Origin: a virus
Taxonomy: Duplodnaviria; Heunggongvirae; Uroviricota; Caudoviricetes
Length of the DNA: 6,001 nucleotides
Direction: 5' to 3' (one strand)
Virus record (IMG/VR): IMGVR_UViG_3300013741_000057
Shown one piece after another: positions 5,318-6,001 of this stretch. Made by a program: the position numbers and the translations under genes. The notes beneath the pieces are model-generated. The model was not told where the DNA came from. It did not search any database and saw only the letters and a program-made list of their open reading frames with translations. Within the stretch, counting starts at the first letter, position 1. The number at the start of each line of letters is the position of its first letter.

Positions 5318-5643
5318 TGACGACGTTAACTCAATGCCAGCAGCAGGTGCTGGATATGCTGATTTCTTACCAGCAAGAACGTGGCTTTCCGCCAACCAAT
5401 CAGGAGGTGGCAACCATGCTGGGATACCGTTCGGTGAATGCAGCGGTGGAGCATCTTCGCGCACTGGAGAAAAAAGGCGTCATCACGATAAAGCGTGGCG
5501 TGGCCCGGGGGATAACGCTTCATACCGCGGTGAAGGACGACGACAGCGAGGCGGTCGGAATTATCCGCTCACTGCTTGCCGGTGAGGAAAATGCCAGGCT
5601 GTGTGCAGCCCACTGGTTACATGAGAGGGGCATGAAAGTATGA
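5317..5643 (+). CDS. LexA N-terminal DNA-binding-domain paralog lacking the S24 peptidase domain (108 aa)
   Basis: The translation MTTLTQCQQQVLDMLISYQQERGFPPTNQEVATMLGYRSVNAAVEHLRALEKKGVITIKRGVARGITLH aligns without gaps to the E. coli LexA N-terminus, with roughly half the positions identical by eye and the recognition-helix residues (RS-NAA-EH) conserved. The 40-aa C-terminal tail has no Ala-Gly/Ser/Lys protease module. RBS GTGGGGG 5 nt before the ATG. Confidence 0.85.
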   Translation: MTTLTQCQQQVLDMLISYQQERGFPPTNQEVATMLGYRSVNAAVEHLRALEKKGVITIKRGVARGITLHTAVKDDDSEAVGIIRSLLAGEENARLCAAHWLHERGMKV

Positions 5644-6001
5644 AGCTGATTCTGCCTTTTCCGCCCAGCGTGAACACGTACTGGCGACATCCCAACAAAG
5701 GGGCGTTTGCTGGTAAGAGCCTGATAAGCGCGGCGGGGCGCAAATTCCAGAGCGCGGCGTGTGCAGCAATAGTTGAGCAGTTACGTCGTCTGCCAAAACC
5801 AACGTCGGCACCTACTTCAGTGGAGATCGTGTTGTTTCCTCCGGATAACCGGATCCGCGATCTGGACAACTATAACAAGGCGCTGTTTGACGCCCTGACC
5901 CACGCGGGTGTGTGGGAAGACGACAGTCAGGTGAAAAGAATGCTGGTGGAGTGGGGACCGGTTATCCCGAAAGGGAAGGTCGAGATCACTATCAGTAAGT
6001 A
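5640..6001 (+). CDS. rusA: RusA-family Holliday junction resolvase, truncated at the window edge
   Basis: ATG at 5640 overlaps the upstream stop (ATGA). The translation MKLILPFPPSVNTYWRHPNKG...RDLDNYNKALFDALTHAGVWEDDSQV... matches the RusA pattern. It is absent from the ORF track only because it runs off the window. Confidence 0.85.
   Translation, partial: MKLILPFPPSVNTYWRHPNKGAFAGKSLISAAGRKFQSAACAAIVEQLRRLPKPTSAPTSVEIVLFPPDNRIRDLDNYNKALFDALTHAGVWEDDSQVKRMLVEWGPVIPKGKVEITISK

Noticed and set aside
4857-5869. ORFs 4857-5042 (-), 5160-5585 (+), 5326-5523 (-), 5561-5869 (-), 5617-5811 (-)
   Set aside because: All overlap the well-supported PerC-like, LexA-domain and rusA genes in other frames or on the opposite strand; the compositions are Gly/Arg-rich and read like frame artefacts.
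1-6001. tRNA, integrase or att site, CRISPR array, IS element
   Set aside because: No cloverleaf-compatible segment, no direct-repeat/spacer array, no transposase-like ORF and no terminal inverted repeats bounding a coding unit were seen.

Overview
This window reads as the immunity and early-right region of a lambdoid (Rac/CP-933P-like) enterobacterial prophage. No tRNA, rRNA, CRISPR array or transposase is visible. Two N-runs (509-518, 3621-3631) interrupt the sequence. All family assignments are from reading the translations by eye; no database search was run.

Layout, left to right:
- 1-382: about 50% GC, no convincing gene.
- 383-1115: AT-rich insert with a small self-contained gene (711-920) and its terminator.
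- 1116-1790 (-): cI-type repressor with an N-terminal HTH and a C-terminal S24 (LexA-like) autopeptidase domain.
- 1791-1880: divergent control region with a perfect palindrome and a good sigma70-like rightward promoter.
- 1881-2081 (+): Cro/YdaS-like regulator, followed by a CII/YdaT-like protein (2113-2676).
- 2673-3701: the long ORF in the track looks chimeric. It most likely hides a small alternate-frame gene (2822-3001) and a Rha-family gene (3279-3790) whose frame is broken by the second N-run.
- 3787-5643 (+): a translationally coupled chain of a small hypothetical protein, a replication initiator, a PerC-like regulator and a LexA N-terminal-domain-only paralog.
- 5640-6001 (+): RusA resolvase, cut by the window end.

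Most worth a second look:
- The LexA DNA-binding-domain paralog with no cleavable protease domain.
- A single CTGT-N8-ACAG SOS-box-like site just upstream of the hidden small gene.
- Iteron-like repeats inside the replication gene, a probable embedded origin.
- GGTACA/TGTACC palindromes on both sides of the repressor gene, possibly looping operators.
- The AT-rich moron beside the repressor.

I did not find a clear multi-gene novel system such as a defence island.
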